Shown: positions 32,682-44,405 of the stretch, in pieces
Position numbering within the stretch: position 1 is the stretch's first letter
Layout: each line of letters begins with the position of its first letter
Assembly: GCA_964019335.1 (NCBI GenBank)
Contig: OZ025690.1
Coordinates: 124,001 to 188,000 of the forward strand
Length of the DNA stretch: 64,000 nucleotides
Reading direction: 5' to 3'
Source: Diplonema japonicum
Lineage: Eukaryota > Protista > Euglenozoa: Diplonemea
The notes under the pieces: generated by a model
Database searches by the model: none
Told to the model about the DNA's origin: nothing
What the model saw: the letters and a program-made list of their open reading frames with translations, nothing else
Program-made: the position numbers and the translations under genes

Positions 32682-34983
32682 TCACGCCCCAATGACAGGC
32701 TCGGCGGAAACGGCCTTTATTTTTTTTTTTAAAAAAAACAATAAAAAAAAAAAACTCCATACCCCTTCCTTTGGAGACTGCTTGCTCTGGAAGTCCGACT
32801 TGAACATTGAGGCATCGCTCTTTTTCTTCCCGGTGACGGTCTATTGTTGGTTTTTTTTTTTTTTTTTTTTTGTTTTTTTTTCCCCCCCTCCTTACCTCAA
32901 AGACATCCCCAGGACAGAAGAAGAGCGCAGGGTCTTTAGGCTGCCCATTCTCGTGGAAAATAAGAACGAACATAGAATCAATCGCGCTCTGTTTATTAAT
33001 AAAAAAAAAAAGAATAAAAAAAAAAAAAAAAAAAAAAACCCACCCCAACAATACCTCGTACACCGACATAAACAATGATGCCAGCCCGTAGCTGAAAAGC
33101 CCAATCACAATAAGAACAAAAACACCGTTATCGACATTGGGGGCCATGTCGTCGTTCTCAAGGAATAGGTACCCGATGAACACGTTAGCAGCCACCAAGA
33201 ACAACTTCCCGATGAAAAACACAATATCGGAAACAAGCAGCAACGGTGCGAGGTACTCAATGCTCCCAAGGAGAACCGAGATCACCTTGCAGCAAGAACA
33301 CCAGAACCCAGATCCTTCAATGGCCGTCATGATGTAAGCATTGCGTGAAATGTACTGTAAGATCCTCTCGATGTACGCTAAACAACAGTCGACAAGACAC
33401 ATTATACACGCGACTGCCGTACAAGAATTCTTCAATTTCTGCGTCGCTTTCTGTACGATGAACCTTATGAACTGTAGAATGGCCACTAACAAAGATCCGG
33501 TGATCAAACAGCCAAGGTGGTACGCGAACGCCCAGAAGTACCCCTTCCCCCACGCCATGACGCACGGAATTTTTTTTTCGTCGTCGTTCACGTGGGAGTA
33601 GTACCACTGCACAGTCGCAGCCGCGATCACAAAATACCCAATAGAGCTCAACAACCCCATAGTCCACAACCACCCAAACAGGTTATAATACAACATGTTC
33701 CTCGTTGTTGTAAAATCCTTTGGAAGGGTCAGGGTCAGGTTGTACCCCACCTCATCTGCTGCAGCGTTTCCATCAACAATAACCTCGCCATCTTCTCGAA
33801 TGGTCCACACGTAGAGCGAGACGTAAACGATCCATACTAGAAGAGCGAGTGTGCTCAGCCCGGTGATGACGGGGACGAGGAGGAGAGACGGGTCTGATGT
33901 GAGGACCTTCCCGGCCTGTTGGATAATCTCGCAAGCGGCGTTGATCTTCTTGCAGAACCACACCAAGAAGCACAAAAACAGCGCCGCGCAGATCCCGAAT
34001 ATAATGCAGAATGCAAGCCACAGCTTGGCATCGTTGTCGTTGTCCTCGTTGGAGTCGTTGTCCAAACTGTCGTACTTCGTGTAGCAGAAGTATGATGCGA
34101 ACCCGAGCCCTAGCAGAATCAGGATCAAAATGGTCCAGATCAACGGCTTCAAAATCAACCTCAAAAGCAGAACGTAAATAAAAGGAAGGCACAGCGCGAT
34201 GATCCCGCAGTAAATAAGCACGATGTACGCCTCCTCGAGGTCGGAGAGGCCACGCTGAAACCAATTGGTAACACGCGTCACGCCAGGAATGTTATCATAA
34301 GCGCTCTTCAAAGAAGAGGAGATTGCCAGAGACGAGGATGACGGGATGCATCGACGGTAAACACTGTGGGAGTCGTACCAAACATTGAAAGTGTCGGGGA
34401 GGGATGAGGTGTTTGATGACCCGTAGGTGAAGACCTTGTTCAAACTGGCGTAGAGAGATGGGTCGTTCAGAACGTCTTGTGCAGTTCTGCTGTTGAAGCC
34501 GAACTGCGGGCAAGCAGAGACACACACACCTGCAGCAAGCGCACGTTCTGCGTCAAAGTTAGTCATTGACGAATCGGTCAGGTTCTCAGAGGAGTACGGG
34601 ACGGGCAGCCACAGCAATGTGTTGTCATTCCAGCTTTCGTTCTGGTAAGGGAAGTCCCCTGAGGCTTTGTTCTTGATAACTGCGTCGTTCCACCCTGATG
34701 GGGCCGAACCCTTGCCGCACCTGTTCCCCAAGTAGTCGGTCCCGTAGAGCAGCCTCAGCGGGTCGCCCTTGTCGAAGGCGACATCTGCGATGACGAACAT
34801 TCCTATCCAGAAGACAGCGAACACTAGGCACATTGGAGTGTCAGAGTTTATCACCCTTCTGCTCGGGTTCTCGAGCTTCACGCTGTCCGGAAGCCCGATG
34901 GAAGCTGGGTCCCTGTCGTCGCCCGCAAAGGTCTGCACACCCACTTCGTCTGATCCACCGCAGCATCCTCGACCTTTTCCCAT
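32682..34983 (-). CDS. Choline transporter-like protein (SLC44/CTL family), 4 exons
   Basis: GDPLRLLYGTDYLGNRCG, CVSACP, YHLGCLITGSL and NAYIMTAIEG motifs. Exons 34983-33055, 32988-32896, 32840-32763 and 32714-32682; ends ...AVSAEPVIGA*. Confidence 0.88.
32715..32762 (-). other. GT-AG intron, 48 nt, phase 0 (CTL intron 3)
   Basis: GTATGG-T-run-A-run-TAAAG; followed by an 11-codon terminal exon. Confidence 0.7.
32841..32895 (-). other. GT-AG intron, 55 nt, phase 0 (CTL intron 2)
   Basis: GTAAGG-G-run-A-run-CCAACAATAG; removal opens a 26-codon exon. Confidence 0.8.
32989..33054 (-). other. GT-AG intron, 66 nt, phase 0 (CTL intron 1)
   Basis: GTATTG...TAATAAACAG; removal gives SVYE|SAIDSMF, the conserved CTL C-terminal motif. 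Confidence 0.88.
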
Positions 34984-35008
34984 TTTCTTTTTTTTTTTTT
35001 TTACGCCG

Positions 35009-35045
<37 letters not shown>

Positions 35046-35087
35046 GGCGGCAAGGGCGTGGGGGGGGGGGGAAAAAAAAAATTGATT

Positions 35088-36416
35088 TCACGCCGTGTTT
35101 TCTTTTTTCTTCCTCCACCTGCACACGTAAAACCCATCTGTTCCATGTAAATGCGGGTACAGGGTCGCCGCGTTCGCTGTTTCCTTCTGCGTCCCGAGCA
35201 CGAAGTCGAGCGTCTTGTCGGACCAGCTTCCGTTGGCGATGGGGTCGGGTGAAAACGCTAATCCCTCGGGCGACCGTTCAAAGGCAGATGTCACCTCACC
35301 GTTCTCCTGCGGGGTCATGGTACACGTTGCGTAGGCGAGAACACCACCGGGTAAAACATGCCGCGAAGCCTTCGTTAGGATGTCAAGTTGAACAGACGGG
35401 TACGACTCGATGTCCTCCGGTGTGTATCGAAACCTGTTGTCAGTCCTTCTCCGCAGCCTTCCCAACGCGGAGCAAGGCGCGTCAACAAACACCAAATCAT
35501 ACAAACAAGTATCGGGTAAAGGGTGTGTCTTCAACACAACCTTATCTTCCAAACCGGTTTGCTTCAACCTGTTAGGAAGCTCCCTCATGGCCTCCCTGCT
35601 AATATCGGCTGCGGTGACGGAGTACTCATTGCCCAATGCTGATGCTAGCATAAGTGTTTTCCCGCCAAGACCGCAACAATAGTCTAGAATTGTTCCCTTG
35701 ATCTTTATGTCCCCTTCCACGTCACGCTTCTTTCCTTGAGAAGGGTATGGTGTTGCAGCTGCAGCTAGTAGCTGCGACCCCACGTCTTGGACCTCAACAA
35801 CGCCAGCTTGCCACATGGTGCTTCCGCGTATGTTGGCTTTTTCGTTTGTTCGGGTAATGCGTAGGCAGGGCCCGTACGGGGATACCAACGACACCATTTT
35901 GTCCAAGTAAGCTGGGACACCGTCGTTTTTGAGCGATTTTAAAATGTCTTCTTGGCACACATTCTTGTGAGGGTTCACCCGCAAGGACGTGTCTGTTGGG
36001 GTGTTGAGGAGGCTGTAGTATTTTTCCAGTGATTTAGTGTCAGGGATGACCTGTTTCTGAAGGTACCTGTGGAGCCATTCCGGTATCGAATAGTCCACGT
36101 CCAGTGGTAGTTCCGGACGGCGTCCTTGGTTCTCTTTCCGATTGTCGTAATAGGTTTTCAGTACTTTAGCGATTTCGTCTTCGGGGTACTTTGGTGGGAA
36201 CCCATGGCGTTCCTCGAGGCCTGCTAAGTGGACCAGCCTTCGCTGCATCATAGGGATTTGCAGTATTGCAGATGCTATTTCCCGCCGTTCTTCGGCGGTC
36301 GCTTTTTTGTTTTTTCGGAGGGCTTTCTTGCATGCTTCGCCTGCCGGCACACCCTCGCAAAATACCATTCTGAGCCCCTGCCGGACTGCTGCTGCTCCTG
36401 CTTCGTTTAGTTCCAT
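35088..36416 (-). CDS. NOL1/NOP2/Sun-family RNA m5C methyltransferase (RsmB-like)
   Basis: VQDVGSQL, DYCCGLGGKT, VFVDAPCS, YATCT...EN and TDGFYV motifs. Confidence 0.9.
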   Translation of the reverse strand: MELNEAGAAAVRQGLRMVFCEGVPAGEACKKALRKNKKATAEERREIASAILQIPMMQRRLVHLAGLEERHGFPPKYPEDEIAKVLKTYYDNRKENQGRRPELPLDVDYSIPEWLHRYLQKQVIPDTKSLEKYYSLLNTPTDTSLRVNPHKNVCQEDILKSLKNDGVPAYLDKMVSLVSPYGPCLRITRTNEKANIRGSTMWQAGVVEVQDVGSQLLAAAATPYPSQGKKRDVEGDIKIKGTILDYCCGLGGKTLMLASALGNEYSVTAADISREAMRELPNRLKQTGLEDKVVLKTHPLPDTCLYDLVFVDAPCSALGRLRRRTDNRFRYTPEDIESYPSVQLDILTKASRHVLPGGVLAYATCTMTPQENGEVTSAFERSPEGLAFSPDPIANGSWSDKTLDFVLGTQKETANAATLYPHLHGTDGFYVCRWRKKKENTA

Positions 36417-36855
36417 TTTTTAATTCTTTTTTCCCCCCCTTGTCCGGGCTGTGCGTCAGTGTGTGATCGGGGACTTAATATAGCTTAAGTCTTAATTCAG
36501 TGTAATGAACCAAGGTACAGCAGGACCAAGGTACGATAGCTACGTTGCAACGTCACTGCGGTAACGCCGAAAATCCACAACCATCGGGCTGAGGGGCCCG
36601 ACCACCAGGGCTCCATCTACGTAACGAGAGGGAGCGCAAGGGCGAAAGAGGAGGTATGTTAAAACAGGCAACGGGCCCATGCCACGGTACAGCGAGTACG
36701 TGCAGGCCATGAAGCACAGTGGATGATTCCAGCCTCGTCTGGAACGAATGATCCCAAAGGATGGAAGGAACCAGCGGGAAAGACGGCTCAACAAAGCACG
36801 AGAGAAAAGGAAAAAGCCCCTTAAGATGGAAGGGTCAATTTTCAGTGCATGCACT

Positions 36856-36888
<33 letters not shown>

Positions 36889-37098
36889 GAGTAAAAAAAA
36901 AAAAAATTAACAAAAGAAGATTGCTTCTCTAACAAAAAAAAAAACCCCCCCCATTCCCCTCTTTCGCAAATTGCACGCTAAACACTTTCCCCATTAGGTT
37001 ATAAAATAAAGAGAGTCTGTGGATGGGAAGGGGGCGGAAGAAAAAAAAAAACCCCCCCGTTTTTTTTTTTTTCTTCTTTTTTTTTATTAAACATTTTT

Positions 37099-37546
37099 CT
37101 ATTCCAAAGGGCTCATCATCATCCTAACAAGGTTCCCATCGCCGTCTCTAGTAACCTTTTTTTTTTTTTTTTTTTTTTTTTTTCTTATTCCCCTTCAAAT
37201 GGGATACCTGTGTGACCAAGTTTACACTGACGATTTCCTCCTTGCCAGAGCACAGCACGCACTTCAAGATGCCCATTGATAGCAACCGCCTCTCCTTCAC
37301 CCCCTCGGTGTTCACGGCAGGGATCTTGAGATCTACAGTGTGGTTGCCCGCAGAATAGTCACAGGGGCCAACTGAGCACAGCTGTATCACATGTCTTTTG
37401 TTGGTATAGTCAGCCTCATATTGTACCTCCCATGTAACATCGCTGACTCCTTTGCTGTCGAACTGAAACGTAATAACAACAGGGACATCGAAAGTGCAGT
37501 TGTTGGGTTCAATGAGACAGCTTTGGAGGTCGATGACTTCTCCCAT
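37099..37546 (-). CDS. Divergent ASF1-fold (histone chaperone-like) protein, 2 exons
   Basis: Spacing N..F..P...F....DVTWEVQY...G.H...P follows ASF1. Exons 37546-37208 and 37155-37099; ends VTQ|VTRDGDGNLVRMMMSPLE*. Confidence 0.6.
37156..37207 (-). other. GT-AG intron, 52 nt, phase 0, with A27 running into the acceptor G
   Basis: GTATCCCATTTGAAGGGGAATAAG-A27-G. Confidence 0.82.
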
Positions 37547-37780
37547 TATTTTTTATCTTTTCTTTTTTTTTCCCACCTGGTGGGGGGGGGTTTTTTTTTT
37601 CTCGGTTAAAAAATTCTACAAAAAAAACTAGTTTGGCGCTCCATTTGTTTGTGCGCACGAGCGGAATTTTACCTAATAAAATAGCTCATTACGCTGCCAT
37701 CAACTAGTTTTTAGTCTCGACAATAATATTGTTAAAACAAAAAAAAAATATGGGATTTCTTTTTTTTTTTTCAAAAATCC

Positions 37781-37811
<31 letters not shown>

Positions 37812-37958
37812 CAAATTGAATAGCCCCTTCCCTTCAAATTTCACCGTTATAATATTCCTGTACCGAAACAGGGGATGTCTTGCCCTGTGTCGGCTGCAAA
37901 GCGTTTCATGGGTATTGCTACTGGGGCGGGGTTTGGAAGAGGCGTCATGGGCACCACC

Positions 37959-38363
37959 TTAGCATGGTTCTTCACGCTTCCCACGGGCTCCGGTTCGTAG
38001 ACATCGTCGAGAATACGTTTCCGTGTTGTTTGCTTGAGTGAAACCCTTGCTGACTTCTGTTATGAGTTCCACGAGGTCCTCCCTGAAGTCCCGCAGCATC
38101 GCCTTGTCTGTTTCTGACAACGTCTGTTCGAATAAACTTGCGAAGACCTGTATTCCGTTCTTGATGGTGTCGCGAACCTTCGGAAGCAGCTGCGCAGCGT
38201 CCGACCCGTTTGCAGCACTCCGCTTGCATTTTCGTATCATAACTTGGGGCTTTATGTGGATGGCTTTGCCGTTTTTAGCTTCCCGTGTTGTTGGGATCAA
38301 CCCGAATTTTTGTACTTCTGTCCCCACTGCACCGCTTGGCTTACCTCGCTTGCAAGGATGCAC
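37959..38363 (-). other. Coding-like segment; hypothetical protein or decayed gene, structure unresolved
   Basis: Helical-looking LLPKVRDTIKNGIQVFASLFEQTLSETDKAMLRDFREDLVELITEVSKGF. No clear start; the upstream coding-like frame (to ~38570) is interrupted. Confidence 0.3.
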
Positions 38364-38684
38364 TCCACAGCGTTGCAGTGCGACAGTAGTTCGTTGACCA
38401 CGTCCTCCTCGGTTATTGTTTTTTTCTTTTTCTTCTTCCTCTATTGTGTGTCTGCTCTTCCCGTGCTTACAAGCTCAGCACTTGACACCCCCTGCTGCAT
38501 CGTCAGCCCATCCGGGACAAGCGCATTTCGGTACACGGCACACCATAAATCTCTTGTCTCCTCCTTATTGGAAGTCCGAGATGTGGAAAAGAAAGGAACA
38601 TTCCACACACCACAAGAAAAAACTTACTTACACTTTTTGTTTGTTTTTCTTTTTCTTTTTTTTTTGTTTGTTCTTTTTCCCCGT

Positions 38685-39506
38685 TCACAACAGAAAATTG
38701 CTCACAAGGCTGTTGAAGTCCTGGCTGTACTTAATGTGTATGTTGTGCTTGCCTTCTGGGAAGTAGTACGACGAGGAGTCAGGTATGTTCGCCTCGAACC
38801 AAGCCGGGTGGTTGTTCGGGACGATGGGGTCCTTGCTGCCATGGACTATGAGAGTGGGGCACTGGAGAAGGCGTGCCTCCGCTTTACAGATATCGCCGCC
38901 ATTGTCGTAGATAGACTTCATCCCATCGCAGAACGAGGACCACATGGGCTGCAGATCGCTGCCATAAAGGGGAACGTGCTTGGCCTTCATGCCTGCAGAC
39001 CAGGATTTTTCAACATTACGGGTGGCCTCGTACGCTTCGATGTCCTCAGAAGTTACAAATGAATTTCCACCAAAAACCACCAATTTTTCGATTTTTTCAG
39101 GTATCTTCGAGGCTAGAATAATGGCCGCGTTTGCTCCATCGCTCCAACCCATTAGTTTGTATTCGTCGATGCCGAGCCCTTCCATTATACCGGCGGCGTC
39201 TGCACCATCTATATGGTAGAAGTCTATAGGGAATACTCTTGAAGGCGGGCGTGACTTCCCGTAGCCCCTGGGGTCGAATGAAATCACTCTGAACCCTTCT
39301 TCAGGAAGCCCTTTCAACTGGTACATGAAGTCTGTCTCAGCAGTGCCCATCGCTCCGGGCATGCACAGCAAAGGGGGCCCGTCCTCTGGTCCACTCTCGA
39401 CCACATGGAAATCAACCCCATTCACGTTCAGGCTGTGGTACCTGAACCCGTTACCTGAGGCTTCCGTGGTGGCACGTCTTAAGCTGCGGAAGAGATTTCT
39501 TTGCAA

Positions 39507-39509
<3 letters not shown>
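38685..39509 (-). CDS. Alpha/beta hydrolase, valacyclovir hydrolase (BPHL)-like, with mitochondrial-type presequence
   Basis: PGAMGTAETDF, DPRGYGKSRPP, GWSDG nucleophile motif, HGSKDP, GKHNIH. ATG at 39509 follows A28. Confidence 0.88.
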
Positions 39510-39537
<28 letters not shown>

Positions 39538-40854
39538 CTTCCCCTCACTCTTCACAGCGTCTTTTTAAAATATGACGAAAAATAAGAAAAAAAAAATAGA
39601 GAGGAAGAAAGATGGGTAGAAAAATAAAGAAAGACGGGAGAGGGAAACGGGGAAAGGTGATTTTGAAATAAGAAAAAAGAAAAAGGGAAAGAAAAAAGAG
39701 AAAAAAAAAAAAAAAGGAAAAGGCGATGTGTTGTGGAAATGAGGATGGAGGGCGGGGGGTGTTTTTTTTTTTTTTTTTTTTTTCTATTTTTTTTAATTTT
39801 TTTATTTTTTCCTTCACACGCCTTTTTAGGGGCCTCATGCATTCACGCTCCCTTTTTTTTAGTTGTGTAGAGAAAAAAAAAAAGAGTTGAGGGAGGGTGT
39901 TTTGGCTACAGTTGAGAGACCATTCCAGCCCTTTTGGGAACGTCGTCACCCAAGGTAGGAAGGAAAGAAAAAAAAAAAAAAAAGTGTGTGGACTGGGCTA
40001 CAAGAGAAGAAACATGTGAGTCGATCGTTGAAAACAATACTAGAAAGCGACGAGAACTCAAAATATTTGGTTTTGAAGTTCTATTATTACCCCCCTCCTC
40101 CCCATTTTTTTTTTCTTGGGGGCATTCGTTATTCTAGCTTCCGGTTTTCTAGCCAGTTCCGATGTAGGGAAGAGGAAGAAGAAAGAAAGGGGGGGGGGGA
40201 AAAAAAAGAAGGGGTGGGGGGGAATCTTTATCCAGCGTTTTTTTTTGTTTTTGCTTTTTTTTGTTTTGTTTATTCATTCTTAATTCCGGGAAAAAAAAAA
40301 AGGGGATAAATAAAAAAACAATTGATTCTAAAAAAAAAAAAAAAAGAAAGAAAGAAAGAAGGAAACCAGTGCTCTCATAGGGGCTCCTGGAACACGCACG
40401 AAATGAAAAAAAACAAAAAAAGAAGAAGAATTTTCGTATGTCGTTTTTTTTTTTTTTTTTTTTTTTTTTTTTCAAATACTCAATAAGAGTTTGTTCTCGT
40501 TTGGCATTCCCATTTCTACTCGAAACGGGTGGGAAAAATTAAAATAAAAGGGGGGGTAACCTGGCGAAAATTAAAAATAATAGAAGGACGAATTTTGACT
40601 TAGCACCCACCCCCATTTATTGTGCTCCCTACCTGTATCTCTTCTTTCCTTTATTTTTGGCCCGTAGGGGGGAAAGGGAGAAAATAAACAGGGAAAATGA
40701 AGGTAAGATCTATGGTATGGAAGCAGCCAGAGGAAAGAGCAAGGAGAAAGGAAAAATTAAAAAAAAATCAGAAAGAGGTAATAATTCTAAGAAACATATA
40801 TATATATATATTTTTTTTTTCTCCCTCAAAATAATTAAAATCACATCCTTCTTC

Positions 40855-40911
<57 letters not shown>

Positions 40912-42007
40912 CACAAAAAAAAAAAAAAAAAAGAATGCCACATCTGAGTCAATGCATGCATTTTTCTTTTTTTTTTTCTTTCTTCTTTCATTGTCCTCCT
41001 TCCCGTTCTATCTAGACCTTTTTCCTTTAAAAAAAAAACTTTCCAAAGTGTACATATAATTGTAAAATTGATACGCCCCCCCCCCCCCCCCCCCAAACTC
41101 CAAAAGAAGCGTCATAACGTTTTACATAAACTTCAAGAGGGGGGGACAACTAGTAGATACAGGATCCTCTCTATCTCTCCTCGAAATCTATTAAAAACCC
41201 CCTTTTTATTTTTGTACAAAATACCCAATACCAGGTGATCCTATCAAAGAAAGAAAAAAAAGAAGACATTTAAAAAAAAAAAAAAGTAAAGGACAAATCA
41301 ATGTTAAAAGAAGAAAATAAAAAAGAAGAAGCGGAGGGGGGGGGGGCTCGTGAGTACATGACACGCATAGGTGCCACCTGGCTGGCTTTTCCCTCATTTT
41401 CTTTTTTGTTTCCCTATCGTGGAGAAGGTGGGGGGGGGGGGGGGGGGGGAGACTGCAGGGGAGAGAGGAAAGAAAAGAAAAAAAGAAGAAAAAGAAAAGG
41501 AAGGTTGAAAAGACTGGGGGGAGAAGAAAGAAAAAAAAAAAAGGAAGAAAACAAAATAGTATTTAGGAGGGTGGCATGAAGCCAGAAAAACAAACAAGTA
41601 ACCGAAGCACACAAACAACATATAAAAGGAGGCGGGATGAAAGGGGTAAAAAAAAAAAGAGGAATACCCTTCCAGAAGTATACAAAAAAAAAAGGGGATG
41701 CAGACGAGGGTGCAGATAACCCATCAGCCTATTTTTTTTTTTTTTTGTTCTTTTTCCGAACACCCCTTTTTTTTTTCTTTAGTTCCAGAAAAAGCATCAT
41801 CTAACAAAAAAAAAAGTTACCCTCTTCCCCACCCCCCTCCTTTTTTTTTCCAGGAGGAACGGAAAGGAACAGACCAAATAAAAAAAAAATATGAAAGAAG
41901 GTTTTAAACCACCAAAATAAATAAAATAGAAAAAAAAAAAATATTTTCTTCCTTCTCTTCCACCCTAATTCTCACACCAACCTCTTCTTCTTCTCCTCAT
42001 CACATCA

Positions 42008-43855
42008 TCATGGAGTTTTCGACCGATTGCTCATAACCTTGTCACACGGCGAGCCCCTTAAAGAAATGGAACGCTTGCGGTGAACACAAATTAAACCAGA
42101 CGAAGACGACGAGAATTCAGAAGGTTCAGATGAAACCTCCTCATGCCCACCATCATAAAAACCCGCAAAATTCTCGTTATGCGGGGTAACAGGCACCGGT
42201 TGTTGAAACGCAGTAGAAGACGAGATAGAATGAGAACGCGGCTTATCAAGCCCAAGCCATCCCCGACACAACCCAGTAAGAAATCCCATTGGACCATGAG
42301 AAGTTTCCTTACTGCTGTCTGTATCAAGCGATGCTATACTGCTGATATCAGCAACAGGGTGCAAGGAATAAGGCGAATGACTTTCCGGCTGAAAAACAGA
42401 CCCAAGCGTATCAATCATGGAATACAACAATTTCCCACCGAGCGCAGCACCTTGTTCAGCCAGCAACGCCCTCGTCAATGACTTCCCCTCACTCGAAGGA
42501 GGAGCACAGTACATACTCACCGCTGCGTCGACCCGTCTCAACATAGACCGAACCGCCTCGATTTGAATCAACATTTTATACGATACGGGGTCGTAATTTT
42601 CCGTTCGGAACAAATCCTGCATCTCGGAAATAATTCCATGGACCCATCCGATAGCTTCTCTGGGATGTTCCATCCCAAGCATATTGGCAGCAACGCTCGG
42701 GTTAATCTCAACACGCGACACAAACACCTGAGGGTTCCCCCACAACTGCGACAACTGTGATAGGGTCATGACGCATGGAACTGCAAGGAAGCAGAAAATC
42801 GACGGTACATCAGCCACGCCCGACAGAAAATCGATCGCTTTGCTAGCATGGTTGAACGTGTCGTTGATTAGAAGGTTCAGCCTGTCGGTAGCCTGTGCTC
42901 TTGAGCCTGGTACGGTGAATTGGCCTAAGCAGTCGAAATGATGTCCCCAAACATCTTTCGGCCAGTTTGATCCGCGCAGTGTGTCGCTGTGCTCCAGGAA
43001 CGATCGGACTGCGTTTGTCTTCTCGAGCAGCAACCCCATTTCCAATGCGTTCTTCGCGTTTAAATGCCGGTTTAAATGCTTTTCAATGAGCTTTGACACT
43101 GTCTCGAGAACCAGGCCGCCCGACACCGTGTTGTAATCCGTGTGGTCCTGCAACGAAACAATCTCTTTTTCCAAAAAACCCGCCAAACCCTCACCCCGAA
43201 CCTGCACCGCCGCTACAATTATCTTTTTAACCGCGGGGCACAGTGAATCGAGACCCGCCGTGATAAGCTTGAACTGTTTGAAAACAGCAAGGCTTGATAC
43301 GTCGCAGGGCAAAGCCGCATCACCATCTACATATGTGTAAAAGTCTCGCAGGACAGACTGTCTTGTCGGGATGGATAGGGCACGCGATCCTTCCACCTCG
43401 TCCATCATTTTCACAATGAGGTAGTGCAGGGTGAAGGAAAGCTTCAGGTCGTCTGCTTCAAGCTTGGCGACAAGCGGTGCCACATGGCTGCAATGTTCTT
43501 CAAGACACCCCGCCAGGCGTTTCAAGTAGGTGTCGTCGATGGGAGTTGACGTTTCGATCGATTCTACCTTCTTGACCTTTGGTACTGCGACCCTTATCGA
43601 CACTGCGGTGGGGGGTATGTGGTGGGAAAGTCTGAATTCGCACGGGTCGCCTGCCTCTGGTTTTCTATCGGGGTGGTTCTTGTTCGCCTTCACGCTCCTT
43701 GGATCGAACGGGAAGACCCCGTACGAGGATTCGATTTTACATTCTCCCTGCTTCACGGTAGCAACAGTTCCCCGGACTCTGCGCTGCGCCTTGACCAAGT
43801 GGAGCACTTCCTGGCTGATTCCTGCCGCCGCTGCTGATGCATTATTTCTATTCAT
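42008..43855 (-). CDS. Squalene synthase-like protein with degenerate catalytic motifs and N-terminal cold-shock/OB-like domain
   Basis: Collinear with squalene synthase: HYLIVKMMDEVEG, GGLV, MGLLLEKTNAVRSFLE, WPKDVW, IFCFLAVPCVM...NPQVF. N-terminal RGTV...AGDPCEF. Confidence 0.72.
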   Translation of the reverse strand: MNRNNASAAAAGISQEVLHLVKAQRRVRGTVATVKQGECKIESSYGVFPFDPRSVKANKNHPDRKPEAGDPCEFRLSHHIPPTAVSIRVAVPKVKKVESIETSTPIDDTYLKRLAGCLEEHCSHVAPLVAKLEADDLKLSFTLHYLIVKMMDEVEGSRALSIPTRQSVLRDFYTYVDGDAALPCDVSSLAVFKQFKLITAGLDSLCPAVKKIIVAAVQVRGEGLAGFLEKEIVSLQDHTDYNTVSGGLVLETVSKLIEKHLNRHLNAKNALEMGLLLEKTNAVRSFLEHSDTLRGSNWPKDVWGHHFDCLGQFTVPGSRAQATDRLNLLINDTFNHASKAIDFLSGVADVPSIFCFLAVPCVMTLSQLSQLWGNPQVFVSRVEINPSVAANMLGMEHPREAIGWVHGIISEMQDLFRTENYDPVSYKMLIQIEAVRSMLRRVDAAVSMYCAPPSSEGKSLTRALLAEQGAALGGKLLYSMIDTLGSVFQPESHSPYSLHPVADISSIASLDTDSSKETSHGPMGFLTGLCRGWLGLDKPRSHSISSSTAFQQPVPVTPHNENFAGFYDGGHEEVSSEPSEFSSSSSGLICVHRKRSISLRGSPCDKVMSNRSKTP

Positions 43856-44405
43856 TTTCTTTTTTTAGAAGGGAGGGGGGGGGGGGGGGGGTGTCCTTCT
43901 TCCCTTTTTTTAATGCCTGTGTGGGTGTGGGTGTCAGGAGGAAGCTCTATGGCTGAAGAAGTGGGCGCGGGGTGCAGGTGGGGGAACACAAGATGACGCT
44001 GTTAAATGCATGGAAGCAACAACGACAGTCAGAGGAAGGAATTCCAGCAGCATGCGATGACAGTATGCAGACGTCAGCGAAGCGTGGAAGGCGTTTTAAT
44101 AAAAAAAGATACACAAGTTCTTTTGGGGGGGATTGGGGTGGTGGTAAGTAATAAGGGGGAGAGGATAAGACCGAGTGAAATAAACAAAATATAAAAAAAA
44201 CCCCCCCACACATTCTTTCCTTTTCCTTTTTTTATTTTTTTTTTCACCACCCCCCTCCCATCTCCCTTTCGTTGCGCTCGGAAGAACCAACAAAAAAAAA
44301 AAAAAAAAGAAGGGAGGGACTTCACTATGATGCGGGGGAAGAAAGTTTTCAGGTCAATAGAGGTATATACTAAAAAGGAAAAAAAAGAAAATGGGGTGTG
44401 GGAAA

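Noticed and set aside
39550-42000. Numerous K/F/G/P-rich short ORFs in spacers (also 6400-10000, 26700-29300, 56000-57900)
   Set aside because: Translations of homopolymer runs.
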